Assembly: GCA_963842085.1 (NCBI GenBank)
Contig: CAWJET010000002.1
Span: 32,001 to 96,000, forward strand
Reading direction: 5' to 3'
DNA from: an uncultured delta proteobacterium
GTDB lineage: Bacteria > Desulfobacterota > Binatia > Binatales > Binataceae
DNA: 64,000 nucleotides
A program made the position numbers and the translations under genes. Positions 30,146 through 41,034 of the stretch are shown here, piece by piece. The notes beneath the pieces were generated by a model. The model ran no database searches and was not told the DNA's origin. It worked only from the letters and a program-made list of their open reading frames with translations. The stretch's first letter is position 1, and the number at the start of each line of letters is the position of its first letter.

Positions 30146-30757
30146 ATGCTATACATGATCGGCGGTGCCCCGCGTTCCGGCAAAACCACGCTTGCGCGGC
30201 GGATGCTCGCCGAGCACGGGGTCCCGTACTTCTCGATTGACACTCTGATCGCCAGTCTTGCGAGCGCGGCGCCTCAACTCGGAATGCGGGTGAGCGATCC
30301 AGCGCTCAAGCGGATGGAAGTAGTCTGGCCGACGATTCGCAAGGTCGCGAGCGACATATTGCAGAGCGGCGACGATCTCCTGCTGGAAGGCGATGTGCTT
30401 TTACCCAAGCATCTAATGGAATTAGGTCAAGGTGCTCACGCCGGCATCAAGGCATGCTTCATCGGCTATGCGGACGCGGACCCCGTACAGAAACTGCGCG
30501 CGATTCGGGAGCATGCCGCGGACGGAACCGACTGGACCGAGGAACTCGACGATGCCCGTCTGCTTAGCTTGATTGGCGAGCTTCGCACTTTCAGCCAATA
30601 TCTGCGACGCGAATGCTGCCACCACAAGATTCCGTACTTCGACGGGTCTACGTGCTTTGCGGGAGCGATCCGCGACGCCAAAAACTATCTGCACTCCGGC
30701 GCGTGGCCCGATCACCTGCACGCGCCGCAATCTCAATCCAGCTTGCGCTTGCCGTAG
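30146..30757 (+). CDS. P-loop kinase (AAA/2-phosphoglycerate kinase-like)
   Basis: GGAPRSGKTT, LLLEG; GAGGT RBS. Confidence 0.75.
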   Translation: MLYMIGGAPRSGKTTLARRMLAEHGVPYFSIDTLIASLASAAPQLGMRVSDPALKRMEVVWPTIRKVASDILQSGDDLLLEGDVLLPKHLMELGQGAHAGIKACFIGYADADPVQKLRAIREHAADGTDWTEELDDARLLSLIGELRTFSQYLRRECCHHKIPYFDGSTCFAGAIRDAKNYLHSGAWPDHLHAPQSQSSLRLP

Positions 30758-32490
30758 TAGGGCAGGGTAGTTTCGCCACTCGCGTCGGGGTTTGGCTTTT
30801 CCTTCGGGAGACTGGCAAGGCCGGCGCTGTACATCGCGAGAGTGCTCGGCTCGATTATGTCGCGGTCGGTGACGATGTTCAGGCAAGCAGGCCGTCCCGA
30901 CGCGAGCGCCCGCTTGAGCGCAGGCGCGATATCCGCCGCGCGCTCGACCAGTTCGCCCTGTGCGCCGAGCCCCTCGGCGGCGCGCTCGTAGTGTACCATC
31001 CCGAGTTCGGTGGCTATGCTGCGGCCTTTGCCCCACATCAGCTCCTGCCCATGCTTCGACATCCCCCACTGCTGGTCGTTGTTGATTACGACGGTGATCG
31101 GCAGGTTGTTCTTCGCAGAGGTATGAAATTCCGAGAAATTGAGCCCGGCCGATCCGTCGCCAACGATGCAGAAGACCTGCTTGTCGGGATGCGCCGCCTT
31201 GGCTGCGAGTGCGAACGGCAGACCGGTCCCAAGGCATCCGAGATAACCATGTGACAGGAATCGTCCCGGATACCGCGCCGTCCACGCATTGGACATCCAG
31301 GCGGCGGTCTCGCCGCCGTCGGCGACCACGATCGCGTCGGGGCTCAGGGTCTTTGCGATCTCGTGCACCATCCGCGCCGGATGAATCGGGCCGGGCCGGT
31401 CTTTGAGCGCGTCGTCGAAGCGATGGCTCGTCGCGCTGCGGATCGCGCCCAACCGCTCGAGCCATTCCGCATGAGGGTCGAATTTCTCGTCCTTCGCCGC
31501 TGCGCAGGCCTGGCGCAGGAATTCGCCGCAATCGGAAACGATGCCGAGTTCGATATTGCGGTTGCGCCCAATCTCCTCGGGCTCGATATCAACCTGGATT
31601 ACGCGCGCGTCGCCCGGAATCACCGAGTTGCGCCCGCCGGTGAACAGCCCAATTCGCGTGCCGAGCAGGATTACGAGATCGGTGTTGCCGCCGCTGGCCG
31701 CATGGATCGCAGGATGAATCGCGCCGAAGCTCCCGAAGCATAGCGGATGCTCCTCGGAGATCGAGCCGCGCGCCTTGGCGTTGGTCATTACCGGCGTGTT
31801 GGTAAGCTCGGCAAAGCGCGTCAGCTCCGCCGCAGCCTGCGCGAACCATACCCCGCCGCCGGCGAGGATGGCGGGGCGCTTGGCCTCGCGCAGCCAGTTG
31901 AGCGCCTGCGCGAGTGCAGCGCGGCCAGGCCCAGCAGCCTCCCTGGGCCGATAATCTTTGGGAAACTCGACTCGGTCTTCATCGGCGCGTGCGAAGAGCA
32001 CGTCGATCGGCAGCTCCAGGAACACCGGCCCGGGGCGGCCCGAGGTCGCATGGCGGAATGCGGCCGCCAGGTATTCCGGGATCCGTTCGGTATGCGTGAC
32101 GCTGCGCGCCCATTTGGTGATTGGGCGCAGGATACCCATCTGATCGACCGCTTGCAGCGGCAGCTTGTCATCGTCGGCGAGCGGGCTTCGTCCGCCGATC
32201 AGAATCATCGGGATCGAATCCATGAACGCGTTGGCGACCCCGGTGACTGCGTCCGTGACTCCCGGCCCCGCCGTCACGACCGCGACGCCGGGGCGCCCCG
32301 TCGTGCGCGCCCATCCGTCGGCCATGTGCGCCGCTGCCTGCTCGTGACGCGTGTCGATCACGCGGAAGGCGTGTGCGCGGCAAGCTGCATAGATCGCGTC
32401 GAGATGGCCGCCGTGGAGGGTGAAAATCTCGCGTACGCCCTCGTGCTCGAGCGTCCGTACCAGCATCTCTCCGCCGTCGATTTTTGCCAT
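30733..32490 (-). CDS. ThDP-dependent enzyme (benzaldehyde lyase / 2-hydroxyacyl-CoA lyase-like)
   Basis: TRHEQAAAH, TAGPG, GCLGTG, GDGSAG...NN. Confidence 0.9.
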   Translation of the reverse strand: MAKIDGGEMLVRTLEHEGVREIFTLHGGHLDAIYAACRAHAFRVIDTRHEQAAAHMADGWARTTGRPGVAVVTAGPGVTDAVTGVANAFMDSIPMILIGGRSPLADDDKLPLQAVDQMGILRPITKWARSVTHTERIPEYLAAAFRHATSGRPGPVFLELPIDVLFARADEDRVEFPKDYRPREAAGPGRAALAQALNWLREAKRPAILAGGGVWFAQAAAELTRFAELTNTPVMTNAKARGSISEEHPLCFGSFGAIHPAIHAASGGNTDLVILLGTRIGLFTGGRNSVIPGDARVIQVDIEPEEIGRNRNIELGIVSDCGEFLRQACAAAKDEKFDPHAEWLERLGAIRSATSHRFDDALKDRPGPIHPARMVHEIAKTLSPDAIVVADGGETAAWMSNAWTARYPGRFLSHGYLGCLGTGLPFALAAKAAHPDKQVFCIVGDGSAGLNFSEFHTSAKNNLPITVVINNDQQWGMSKHGQELMWGKGRSIATELGMVHYERAAEGLGAQGELVERAADIAPALKRALASGRPACLNIVTDRDIIEPSTLAMYSAGLASLPKEKPNPDASGETTLPYYGKRKLD

Positions 32491-32676
32491 TGGAGAATCT
32501 CCCTCTGCTGTGCGAAGATCGGTTTGCGCAATCGCAGGCAAGTACCGTCCGCGCTCTTCTGTTCCAACTTATAGACCCGCGCCGCGTATTCGCCTAGCCG
32601 CGCGTTGCCATTTGAGTTGAGCCGAAAGGAATCATTGACGCGATCGGATACAGCTGAAATGAATGAAACTCGTAAT

Positions 32677-32690
32677 TGAACGATCGTTCA
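32677..32690. promoter_or_regulatory. Perfect palindrome, TetR-type operator candidate
   Basis: TGAACGATCGTTCA between the divergent ThDP-enzyme and acyl-CoA dehydrogenase genes. Confidence 0.6.
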
Positions 32691-32749
32691 TTTCAGGCAC
32701 GAGGTATGCACAGCACTTACCGCGACACAGCGCCAATCTCGGAGCAAAA

Positions 32750-34015
32750 ATGGACACCTACCGCGAGCTAAACGTCGAATTTCCCAAGGATGTCGATTCA
32801 ATCAAAGGAACCGTTCACCGCTTCGCCAAGGAGGTCCTTCGCCCGGCAGGGGTGATGCTTGACCGGATGGCAGACCCGCGCGAGGTGATCGCGCTCGATT
32901 CTCCGCTCAGGAAGGTTTTCAAACAGGCATATCAGCTCGGATACCACGTGGCCGGCCTTCCTGTAGAAATCGGCGGAATGGGCCTGCATGGGCTGGGACT
33001 GCACGTGATGATTGAGGAGATGTCGTGGGGCTCGGTGGATCTTGGGCTGGGCCTGCTCTGTGCGGGGTTCCCGTTTAGCGCCGCCGCCGCGAGCGGCAAT
33101 CCGGAGCTCTACGAAAATTTCGTCAAGCCTTTTGTCGCCGACCGCGAGGGCAGTCTCATCGGATGCTGGGCGATCACCGAGCCTCAGCATGGCTCCGACA
33201 CCCTGGTGCCGGGGACGCCCCAGTTCCACAATCCGCGCGTGTCGGGCCAAGTCGTCGCCCGCGCCGAAGGCGACTCGTATGTGATCAACGGGCAGAAGGC
33301 GGCGTGGGTCTCGAACGGGACGATCGCTACTCATGCGGCGTTGTACCTGACGACCGAGCGCAAGGCCGGCATGGCCGGCGGCGGTATCGCGTTCGTCCCG
33401 CTCAACCTGCCGGGCGTGACAAAAGGCAAGCCGCTCAACAAGCTCGGCCAGCGTGCGCTCAACCAGGGCGAAATTTATTTCGACAATGTGAGGATTCCGC
33501 GCAGCTGGATGCTGACCAAGAGCGAGGGCTACGAGCTCGAGCTCGAACGAACCCTCACATTTGCCAACTCGGCGATGGCGACTGCGTTCACGGGTGTGGC
33601 GCGCGCTGCTTTCGAGGAAGCGCTCGAGTACTCGAGGCAGCGCGTGCAGGGCGGGCAGGCGATCTGCGAGCATCAACTGGTCCAGAAGCATCTGTTCGAG
33701 ATGTTCACCAAGGTCGAGGCATGCCGGGCGCTGTCGCGGGCCGTGATGATCTACAATCAGACCTCGACGACGCCGTCGCTGGAGCATGCGATCGCGGCCA
33801 AGACCTTCTGCACGCAGGCGGCGTTCGAGGTCACGAGCGACGCGCTCCAGGTATTCGGCGGCAACGGCCTCAGCAAGGAGTACGGAATCGAAAAACTCTT
33901 CCGCGACGCGCGCGCCTCATTGATCGAGGACGGCACAACCGACGTCCTGAGCCTCGCGGGCGCACGCCAGATTCTGAGTCGCAACGGTGTAGCCGGAGAG
34001 CCGATGGCGCAGTAG
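32750..34015 (+). CDS. Acyl-CoA dehydrogenase
   Basis: WAITEPQHGSD, INGQK.WVSNG, KLGQR, QVFGGNG..EKLFRD. Confidence 0.93.
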   Translation: MDTYRELNVEFPKDVDSIKGTVHRFAKEVLRPAGVMLDRMADPREVIALDSPLRKVFKQAYQLGYHVAGLPVEIGGMGLHGLGLHVMIEEMSWGSVDLGLGLLCAGFPFSAAAASGNPELYENFVKPFVADREGSLIGCWAITEPQHGSDTLVPGTPQFHNPRVSGQVVARAEGDSYVINGQKAAWVSNGTIATHAALYLTTERKAGMAGGGIAFVPLNLPGVTKGKPLNKLGQRALNQGEIYFDNVRIPRSWMLTKSEGYELELERTLTFANSAMATAFTGVARAAFEEALEYSRQRVQGGQAICEHQLVQKHLFEMFTKVEACRALSRAVMIYNQTSTTPSLEHAIAAKTFCTQAAFEVTSDALQVFGGNGLSKEYGIEKLFRDARASLIEDGTTDVLSLAGARQILSRNGVAGEPMAQ

Positions 34016-34044
34016 CCTTGCGCCGGGATCGCAGAGGAATTGAG

Positions 34045-35604
34045 ATGGCGCGTCTTCAGGGACCGATCGAGCAACTGATCAGGCATCGCGTCGCCGAGCA
34101 TCCGGGCGAAGTCTGGCTCAAATTCAAGGACGAGCGTTTCACCTGGGAACAGGTGCTCGACAATATCCAACGCGCCGCCAACGGTCTGCTCGAACTGGGG
34201 ATCCGTCCGGGAGAGCGGGTTGCGATAATGATGGGCAACCGGCCGGAATTTCTCTGGCTGCATTTCGCCATCGGATTCATCGGCGCCGTCAGCGTGCCGG
34301 TTAACACCTCGCAACGCGGCGCCACGCTGCATCACATTCTCGCGGATTCGGATTCAACCGCGGTCATTTTCGAAGAACCGCTCAGGGAAGCGGTAATGGC
34401 GGTCAAGGCTACCGTGCCGAGTCTCAGGCGCACGGTGGTCGCGGACGGCAAGGCGGGAGGCGGAGTCGATTGGACCCTCGAGCGACTGCTCGCTCATTCC
34501 GCTCGCGAGCCGCAAGTGGAGGTCGGCCAACACGCGGGCGGCGGCGGGATGATGTACACGTCCGGGACCACCGGACCGCCGAAGGGCGTCGTCGCCAGTG
34601 GCTCCGACGGCTACTCTCTTGCTGCCGTCCTCGCCGCCACAGGGGTCAAGCCGGGCGAGACGATGTACACCGCGCTGCCGCTGTTTCACGGCAATGCGCT
34701 GATGATCTCGGGCTTCGGCTCGATGACGCTGGACGCGAAATTCGCGCTGGGCGAGCGCTTCAGCGCGTCGCGGTTCTGGGACGACTGCCGCAAATTCGAC
34801 GCGGTGGAATTCAATACGCTTGGCGGAATGCTCTCGATCCTGCTCAAACAAGCGGCGCGGCTCGATGATCGAGAGCACAAGGTGCGAGTGGTGCTCTCGG
34901 CCGCATGCCCTCCAAGCGCGTGGAAGGAATTCGAAGATCGCTTTGGCGTGAGGATCGTCGAGTTCTACGGAATGGTGGATTCGCCCGGACTCCTGCTCAA
35001 CGACGTCGGTCGGGTCGGGTCGATGGGCAGGCCGGTCGGTGGAGTGGATTTCAAGGTCGTCGATGACGACGACAATCCACTTCCGGCCGGCAAGGTGGGC
35101 GAACTGGTATTCCGCCATCCCAAGGGCCAGCTCAGCCAATATCACAAGCTACCCGACGCCACCGCCGAGGCCTATCGAGGCGGATGGTTTCATTCCGGCG
35201 ACCTCGCCAGGACCGACAACGACGGGTTCTTCTACTTCTGTGGGCGCAAGAAGGCGTCGATTCGCCGGCGCGGCGAGAACATTTCGGCGTGGGAAATCGA
35301 AACCGTCGTCAACGAGCATCCCGCGGTGCTCGAATCGGCCGCCTACGCGGTGCCTTCCGAGCTCGGCGAGGATGAAGTCAAAGTCGCAGTCGTGCTAAAG
35401 GACGGTGCGCGCTTCAGTCCCGAAGAACTGATCGAGTTCTGTCGCGGGCGAATGGCCTACTACGCCATCCCTCGATACGTCGAGGTGGTCGACGAGCTTC
35501 CCAAGACCGGTACGCAACGAATCCAGTACGCCGCGCTCAAACAGCGCGGAATCGGCAACGCGTGGGATCGAGAAAAAGCGGGGATCAGCGTCGCCCGCAC
35601 ATGA
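34045..35604 (+). CDS. Acyl-CoA ligase (CaiC-like)
   Basis: YTSGTTGPPKG, YGMVD, FHSGDL, RRRGENIS, PKTGT. Confidence 0.93.
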   Translation: MARLQGPIEQLIRHRVAEHPGEVWLKFKDERFTWEQVLDNIQRAANGLLELGIRPGERVAIMMGNRPEFLWLHFAIGFIGAVSVPVNTSQRGATLHHILADSDSTAVIFEEPLREAVMAVKATVPSLRRTVVADGKAGGGVDWTLERLLAHSAREPQVEVGQHAGGGGMMYTSGTTGPPKGVVASGSDGYSLAAVLAATGVKPGETMYTALPLFHGNALMISGFGSMTLDAKFALGERFSASRFWDDCRKFDAVEFNTLGGMLSILLKQAARLDDREHKVRVVLSAACPPSAWKEFEDRFGVRIVEFYGMVDSPGLLLNDVGRVGSMGRPVGGVDFKVVDDDDNPLPAGKVGELVFRHPKGQLSQYHKLPDATAEAYRGGWFHSGDLARTDNDGFFYFCGRKKASIRRRGENISAWEIETVVNEHPAVLESAAYAVPSELGEDEVKVAVVLKDGARFSPEELIEFCRGRMAYYAIPRYVEVVDELPKTGTQRIQYAALKQRGIGNAWDREKAGISVART

Positions 35605-35618
35605 CAGGGAGAATCGTT

Positions 35619-36845
35619 ATGCCCAACAGAGAACGTGTGACAGTCGCCGGCGTCGGGATGACACGCTTCGGCAAGTACTCCGAGCGCGGCGTTCGTTCGC
35701 TGGCCGAAGAGGCGGTGGGCGATGCGCTCAAGGACGCCGGTATCGTGCCGAAGGACGTCGAGGCGGTGTTCTTTTCCAATGCGATTGCCGGATTGATCAC
35801 CGGCCAGGAAATGATCCGCGGCCAGGTCGCGCTTCGGAACACCGGAATCCTCGGGGTCCCGCTGTTCAACGTGGAAAACGCGTGCGCGTCGGCTTCGTCC
35901 GCGTTCCATCTCGCGTGGATGGCGATTCAATCGGGACTCTACGACGTCACGCTGGCTGTCGGCGCGGAGAAGATGACGCATCCCGACAAAGCGGTCACGT
36001 TCAGGGCGATCGGAACCGCCGTCGATCTGGAGCAGCTTCGCGAACTCAAGGCGCGGATGAGCGTCGGCGACAAGAAGCCGGGAATCGAGGAGGGCGGCGA
36101 AAAGAAATCGTTCTTCATGGACATCTACGCGGCTTCCACGCGCGAATACATGAAGATCAGCGGCGCGACCGCAGACACCTTTGCCGATATCGCCGTCAAG
36201 AGTCACGCCTTTGGCGCGCTCAATCCCAAGGCACAGTTCCACGACCGCGTCACGCGCGAGCAGGTGCTTGACGCGCGCGAGGTCTCGCCGCCATTGACCG
36301 TGTTGATGTGCTCGCCGATCGGCGACGGGGCGGCCGCGGCAGTGCTCATGTCGGAGAAGTATGCGCGGCGAATGGGCATCGCGACGCCGGTCGAAGTGCG
36401 CGCGTCGGTGATCTACTCGGGACGCGATCGCGCAGCCGACGAACCGACCGCGCTCGAGCGCGTGGCCAAGCGCGCTTACGAAATCGCCGGCGTCGGGCCG
36501 TCGGAGATCAACGTGCTCGAGGTACACGACGCAGCCGCGCCGGCGGAACTGATCGCATGCGAGGAACTAGGACTCTGCGGCAGAGGCGAGGGTCCGGAGT
36601 TTCTGGCGCGAGGGGCGATGGAACTCGGCGGAGCCCACGTCGTCAATCCCAGCGGCGGACTGCTCTCGAAGGGCCACCCGATTGGCGCCACCGGAATCGC
36701 ACAGATCGTGGAAATCGTCGATCAGCTGCGCGGGCGATGCGGCGCGCGGCAGGTGAACGGCGCGCGCGTGGGGCTCACCGAAAACGGCGGCGGCTTTTTG
36801 GGACGCGATGCCGCCGCGATGTCGGTGCACATTTTCTCGACCTAG
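35619..36845 (+). CDS. SCP2-type thiolase family protein
   Basis: ENACAS, GDGAAA, EVHDA, GHPIGATG. Confidence 0.92.
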   Translation: MPNRERVTVAGVGMTRFGKYSERGVRSLAEEAVGDALKDAGIVPKDVEAVFFSNAIAGLITGQEMIRGQVALRNTGILGVPLFNVENACASASSAFHLAWMAIQSGLYDVTLAVGAEKMTHPDKAVTFRAIGTAVDLEQLRELKARMSVGDKKPGIEEGGEKKSFFMDIYAASTREYMKISGATADTFADIAVKSHAFGALNPKAQFHDRVTREQVLDAREVSPPLTVLMCSPIGDGAAAAVLMSEKYARRMGIATPVEVRASVIYSGRDRAADEPTALERVAKRAYEIAGVGPSEINVLEVHDAAAPAELIACEELGLCGRGEGPEFLARGAMELGGAHVVNPSGGLLSKGHPIGATGIAQIVEIVDQLRGRCGARQVNGARVGLTENGGGFLGRDAAAMSVHIFST

Positions 36846-36891
36846 CAGAGGCGCGATGGAGTACCATGCTTAACCTTGCGGAGCAGCGACG

Positions 36892-37230
36892 ATGACCGAG
36901 CAAGCGATCGAAGCGTACGAGTCAGTCAGAACCTGGCGGCGCGATCTGAGCGATCAGTGGGGCGGCGACCCGATCGCCGAGGAACCCGACAAGCTGCTAG
37001 CGCTCGCGCGATTCTGTGAATTCGTGGGCGAAGATCCCGACGCGATCATTGCGCGATGCTTTCGGATCAGGAAGTCAGACGGTGAGCAGGTGATCAGCGC
37101 CAAATGGCGCGCCCACTACGCCCAGAAGATTCGCGAGTTTCGCGAAAAGAACCCGGACCCGGAGTCGCAACGCCTTGGCGCCAACGTGTTGAGCTTTTTG
37201 ATCCACAACGGCGTGCTGGTCCAGGTCTAG
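36892..37230 (+). CDS. Hypothetical protein
   Basis: GGAG RBS; co-directional with the thiolase operon. Confidence 0.7.
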   Translation: MTEQAIEAYESVRTWRRDLSDQWGGDPIAEEPDKLLALARFCEFVGEDPDAIIARCFRIRKSDGEQVISAKWRAHYAQKIREFREKNPDPESQRLGANVLSFLIHNGVLVQV

Positions 37231-37239
37231 GGGCAAGAG

Positions 37240-38526
37240 CTATTTGGCCCGGCTTGCCGCGTACTGTTCGGCGCGCCGCGACGCGTCCTGCCTACGGATG
37301 GCGCGCGCGCCCAGAAATGGCACGTCACGGCCGCGCAGCATCAGGTTCCAATACAGCCACGGCAACCCGTAGCGCTTCAAAAGCCAGGTGTCGTAGCGCT
37401 CCGCGGCGGTGTTGATGAAGGGAATGGTCGGAGTCGGCTTGCCGGTGTAATCGAATTCACAGAGCAGCAGCTTGCCGTAGGCGGTCGTGATCGGACACGC
37501 GACGTAGCCGTTGTATTTCGCCGTCGGTAACGCTCCACGCATCACCTTTAGCAGATTGCTGACGACGACCGGGGCCTGTTTGATCGCCGCTGCGCCGGTC
37601 TTGGCGTTGGGCGAACTCGCCACGTCGCCCAAAGCGAATACATTTGGATACCGCTTGTGTTGAAGCGTGTATTGATCGACCTCGACCCAGCCCAGTCCAG
37701 GCTCGCCTTGCGCGGGTAGTGCGCTGTTGCGGATGAACTCCGGAGCGATCTGCGGCGGCGCGACGTGCATGATGTCGTAGCCAATCGTCACCCGTGCGCT
37801 GGAGGGATCGTCCTTGCGGACGAATACCGCTTCCCTTTTGTCTGGTCGAATTTCCACCAGGTCATGACTGAACCGCGCGTCAATCTCGTAGCGCCGAACC
37901 ACCGTGTCGAGGACCGCCGCGTACTCCTTGACGCCATAAATCGTGGGAGTGGCGGAGCCATAGATGACGTTGGCGGAGATCTTTTTCCTGCGAAAGTGAT
38001 CCGCCGCGAGGTACATGATTTTCTGCGGCGCGCCCGGGCATTTTATGGGCGTCCCCGGCATATGGAACAGCGCGGTGCCGCCCTTGAAGTCGCGAATCAG
38101 GTCCCACGTTTGGGGCGCGTTTTCGTAAGTATAGTTGGTCGATACCGAACCATTCCCGACCGCCTCGCGAAGGCCCGCAATCGCGCCCCAGTTGAGCTCG
38201 AGACCCGGCGCGACGATCAGGAAGTCGTACGAGATACGCCCGCCCGAACGAGTCGTGACACATTTGGACTCGGGAGAAATCTCGCACGCCCAGTCTTTGA
38301 TCCATGTCACTCCCGCCGCGATGTAATCGCGCTCCGAGCGCGCGGTCGCCTCTCTGCGGACCGCACCCGCGCCGACCAGGGTCCACAGCGGCTGGTAGAA
38401 ATGCTTCTCCGACGGCTCGATGACTGCGAGGTCCGATTCACCCGCGCGTCTGAGCCGCGCCGCAACAGTGAGACCAGCGGTGCCACCACCAATGATGAGG
38501 ATTTTATGACGGCTGTTTTGAGCCAT
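37240..38526 (-). CDS. sqr: Sulfide:quinone oxidoreductase (type II-like)
   Basis: GGGTAG, YQPLWTLVG, KCPGAPQK, Y.ACPITT. Confidence 0.88.
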   Translation of the reverse strand: MAQNSRHKILIIGGGTAGLTVAARLRRAGESDLAVIEPSEKHFYQPLWTLVGAGAVRREATARSERDYIAAGVTWIKDWACEISPESKCVTTRSGGRISYDFLIVAPGLELNWGAIAGLREAVGNGSVSTNYTYENAPQTWDLIRDFKGGTALFHMPGTPIKCPGAPQKIMYLAADHFRRKKISANVIYGSATPTIYGVKEYAAVLDTVVRRYEIDARFSHDLVEIRPDKREAVFVRKDDPSSARVTIGYDIMHVAPPQIAPEFIRNSALPAQGEPGLGWVEVDQYTLQHKRYPNVFALGDVASSPNAKTGAAAIKQAPVVVSNLLKVMRGALPTAKYNGYVACPITTAYGKLLLCEFDYTGKPTPTIPFINTAAERYDTWLLKRYGLPWLYWNLMLRGRDVPFLGARAIRRQDASRRAEQYAASRAK

Positions 38527-38569
38527 GCTTGACCCTATCAGGACCGTCCTGTTCTCGCAGCAGCCGCCG

Positions 38570-39388
38570 TCACTTCACGCCCATCCTGAGCCGGTAGCTC
38601 CAGAACCACTGCACGATCGAGTCGCCTAGAGCGCGGCGCGCCGTCTCGCGCAACGCCGTGATCCCGATCTCATCCTCGCCGATGCCGTGCTTGAGCAGCG
38701 TAGCGATCTCGCCCTGGCTTAGCGCGAGCCCGACCAGCCGCTCTGCGCCTCCCCTCTCGACGTGATGCAGCCCGATCTCCTTTACATAACGGAACCGCCC
38801 GCTCTGCCTGATCCTTTCCAGATGCCCGCCTTTGTTCCATTGATGAACCTCCGGCGTGAGGCGGATCGAGCGCTCGAGCGCCTCCGCTTTGGCTCGACAT
38901 GCGTTGTAAGCCTGCTCAGCCTCGGCGTTGAGCGTCGGCGGCCAGTCGCAGTCGTAAGCGGCGAACACGCCGCCGTCGCGCAAGATGCGCGCAACCTCGG
39001 CGAAGGTGCCGTCCGGCTCCATCCAATGCAGCGACTGCGAGCAGGTCACGATGTCGGCGCATTGGTCGGGGAGGCCGGTCGCGGTCGAGAGCCCCTCGAC
39101 AAACCGGACGGTGTTCGCACTGGCGTCGGCCGCGCGCCGCTCGGCCTGCGCGCGCATGTCGGCATTCGGCTCGACTCCGACGACCTCGGCTGCGCGGCGC
39201 GTCCACAGCAGGGTCGAAAGTCCCGTGCCGCTGCCGAGATCGACGACCACGGGCCGTTGCTTTGCGGCCAGTTGCGTCAGGAGATCCACGATGACTTCAG
39301 GCAGCCTCGGCCGGTGCATGTCGTAGAGTTCGGCGAAACCCGAGAAACGATCGGCATTTGCCGCGACGTGCGCGCGATCGGAGCTCAT
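38570..39388 (-). CDS. Class I SAM-dependent methyltransferase
   Basis: VDLGSGTG, GVEPN, QSLHWM. Confidence 0.9.
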   Translation of the reverse strand: MSSDRAHVAANADRFSGFAELYDMHRPRLPEVIVDLLTQLAAKQRPVVVDLGSGTGLSTLLWTRRAAEVVGVEPNADMRAQAERRAADASANTVRFVEGLSTATGLPDQCADIVTCSQSLHWMEPDGTFAEVARILRDGGVFAAYDCDWPPTLNAEAEQAYNACRAKAEALERSIRLTPEVHQWNKGGHLERIRQSGRFRYVKEIGLHHVERGGAERLVGLALSQGEIATLLKHGIGEDEIGITALRETARRALGDSIVQWFWSYRLRMGVK

Positions 39389-39459
39389 GACGGGAACCTC
39401 GGCATCGGGAGAAGGATGATGGGTGCGCTCGTCCAGGACGAACGCATTTTGCAGAACAC

Positions 39460-40893
<1,434 letters not shown>

Positions 40894-41034
40894 GATGGAT
40901 CGGCTCGCGGCTATTTGTAACACCTTGCAATCGGCTGCCATAGTGCCACCGCGGTTGCGCCTACCGTCTTCCTGCGCCAGGAAGTTCAGTTTTCGTCCGG
41001 CATCAGGTAAATCAACCGCGAGCGGAATTCACAG

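Noticed and set aside
29935-30757. Possible island integrated at tRNA-Ser
   Set aside because: No integrase and no duplicated tRNA 3' end seen in the window
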